Below are positions 62,701 through 64,000 of a stretch of 64,000 nt of DNA, one piece after another. Within the stretch, counting starts at the first letter, position 1. Every line of letters starts with the position of its first letter. Source of the stretch: Vicugna vicugna (Eukaryota); NCBI GenBank assembly GCA_013265495.1, contig MU060042.1, positions 5,266,258 to 5,330,257 of the forward strand. Reading direction: 5' to 3'. The notes below the pieces were generated by a model. That model was given only the letters and a program-made list of their open reading frames with translations, was not told the origin of the DNA and ran no database searches. The position numbers were made by a program, and so were the translations under genes.

Positions 62701-63926
62701 CCCTCTCCAGAGGCAGCGTCGGTGACTCTCCTGAGACCCTTGCTTCCTTTACTTTGCTTTGGCAAATCGGAGAGCCCGTCAGGACAGGAGGCACCACTTC
62801 AGGGATGAGAGAAACCACACCTTCTTTTTATGCGACGGTTCCCGATTCCAGGAGGATGCTGGGCCCTGTCATTCTGTGCGACGTCCTGGCAGAGCTGGTC
62901 AGACTGTACGAATCTGCGAAGTTACCCTCATGCCTCACGTGGCAAAACAATGAAAATGACCATCAGGGCTGGCAGCATAGACAACACCGCTTTCTCTCTG
63001 AGTTTGTCTACACTCAACACTCCAAACGCAGAGCACGATGGAGGTCCGAGGGGTGTGATGCCACGTGGGCAGCAATCTGCAGAAACGTGGTCTACATCCA
63101 CGTGCGGTGGAGCCGAGTCCTGTGCGGCTCTGCTTGTCGCTGTCCCTGCCGCCTACTCATCCTCTGCTCAGCCAAGAACCGCAGGTCCCCCTGTGTGTCA
63201 CTGTCCCCGTCGCTTCCCTCCTCTTCAGCCTGCTGGCGCAGCAGAACCAAACATCACAACACAGAAGGGTGAGGACCACGTGTCTCAGGGGGTGTCTGGG
63301 ATTAAACAGTCAGCAGGGAGAACTCTGCACATCAGAGCGTCAGACAGAAACAAGGCTTTTTCGGGGCCTTTTCGAGGCTTGTGCTGCTCATCAGAGAGTG
63401 AAATTAGGCTGGACCCGCGTGAACATTCGACAGAGGCCCTGTGTCCACGATCCGCCCACGATGGGGGCGGGAAGCACGGGCCACAGAAGCCTCGCACAGG
63501 TGGAGCCTGAGGGCTGGCCCAGGACCGCACAGCGACGCGCTGCAGGCATCTGAGTTCTGCCTCGGGGTCAGTGTCGCCTCCATTTGACTTTGAGCATTTT
63601 TGTGTAAAGCAGACAATGCAACACGTCCTGAGCACGAGGGCGGCACGTGTCACGCTCAGGGAACCGCGTCCCAGCCACCCTGTCTGGAGACGGGCTTGTC
63701 TCCCCCATTTTAACAGTAACCCGAGTGAAGGATGCCTTAGTCCCCGAACTCAGGCCCTTCATCATGTAAAAAAGCTAATAGTTCCACTGTTTAATGAAAA
63801 CAGCAAAATCAGTAAACCAGGATCAGATAATCATTTAGGAGTCCATTCCCTCTCCATGGCTTAAGATTTCTCATTACCGGTGAGCTGGAAACTGGAAATC
63901 AAATTTGGGAAACTAATGTAGGCTAA

Positions 63927-63941
63927 TGATTTAATCTGTCA
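63927..63941 (+). promoter_or_regulatory. PBX-HOX plus MEIS composite motif
   Basis: TGATTTAAT followed immediately by CTGTCA, in an AT-rich non-repeat island. Confidence 0.4.
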
Positions 63942-64000
63942 CGTCAACGTTTTCAACTGGAGAACGAGGAGATCTTTAGAGCAGGGGACCCTCTTCCCTG

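Noticed and set aside
1-64000. CRISPR arrays, rRNA, operons or other prokaryotic or viral systems
   Set aside because: The sequence is mammalian; there are no regularly spaced repeats, no rRNA similarity and no ERV internal genes

Overview
Mammalian genomic DNA, most likely a camelid: it carries a tRNA-Ala-derived Vic-1-type SINE at 51399-51537 and several Cetartiodactyla-type L1 3' ends. It looks like a GC- and CpG-rich, probably subtelomeric or high-recombination gene desert or large intron. I recognise no protein-coding gene. The listed ORFs are compositionally biased chance ORFs or L1 debris. Main content: (1) many old repeats (L1M fragments, MLT1, MIR, L2) and a solo ERV1-type LTR with an intact 4-bp TSD; (2) a housekeeping-type CpG-island promoter at about 29.2-29.7 kb (NRF1, GC-box and ETS motifs) with no identifiable gene, plus two CpG-rich patches at 33.1 and 42.4-43.5 kb; (3) many non-repetitive AT-rich islands dense in HOX/PBX/MEIS/FOX/SOX motifs, consistent with conserved developmental enhancers; (4) five N runs that look like masking rather than scaffold gaps. 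The most striking pattern is strong, patchy A/T-to-G/C rewriting of ancient L1 and MLT copies, a fossil signature of GC-biased gene conversion. One L1 copy has a sharp GC step inside it. I also found a statistically unlikely perfect 14-bp hairpin and a speculative minus-strand exon chain with a 22-nt microexon. I cannot support a claim of a novel biological system. Repeat consensus comparisons are from memory, and repeat boundaries are approximate.
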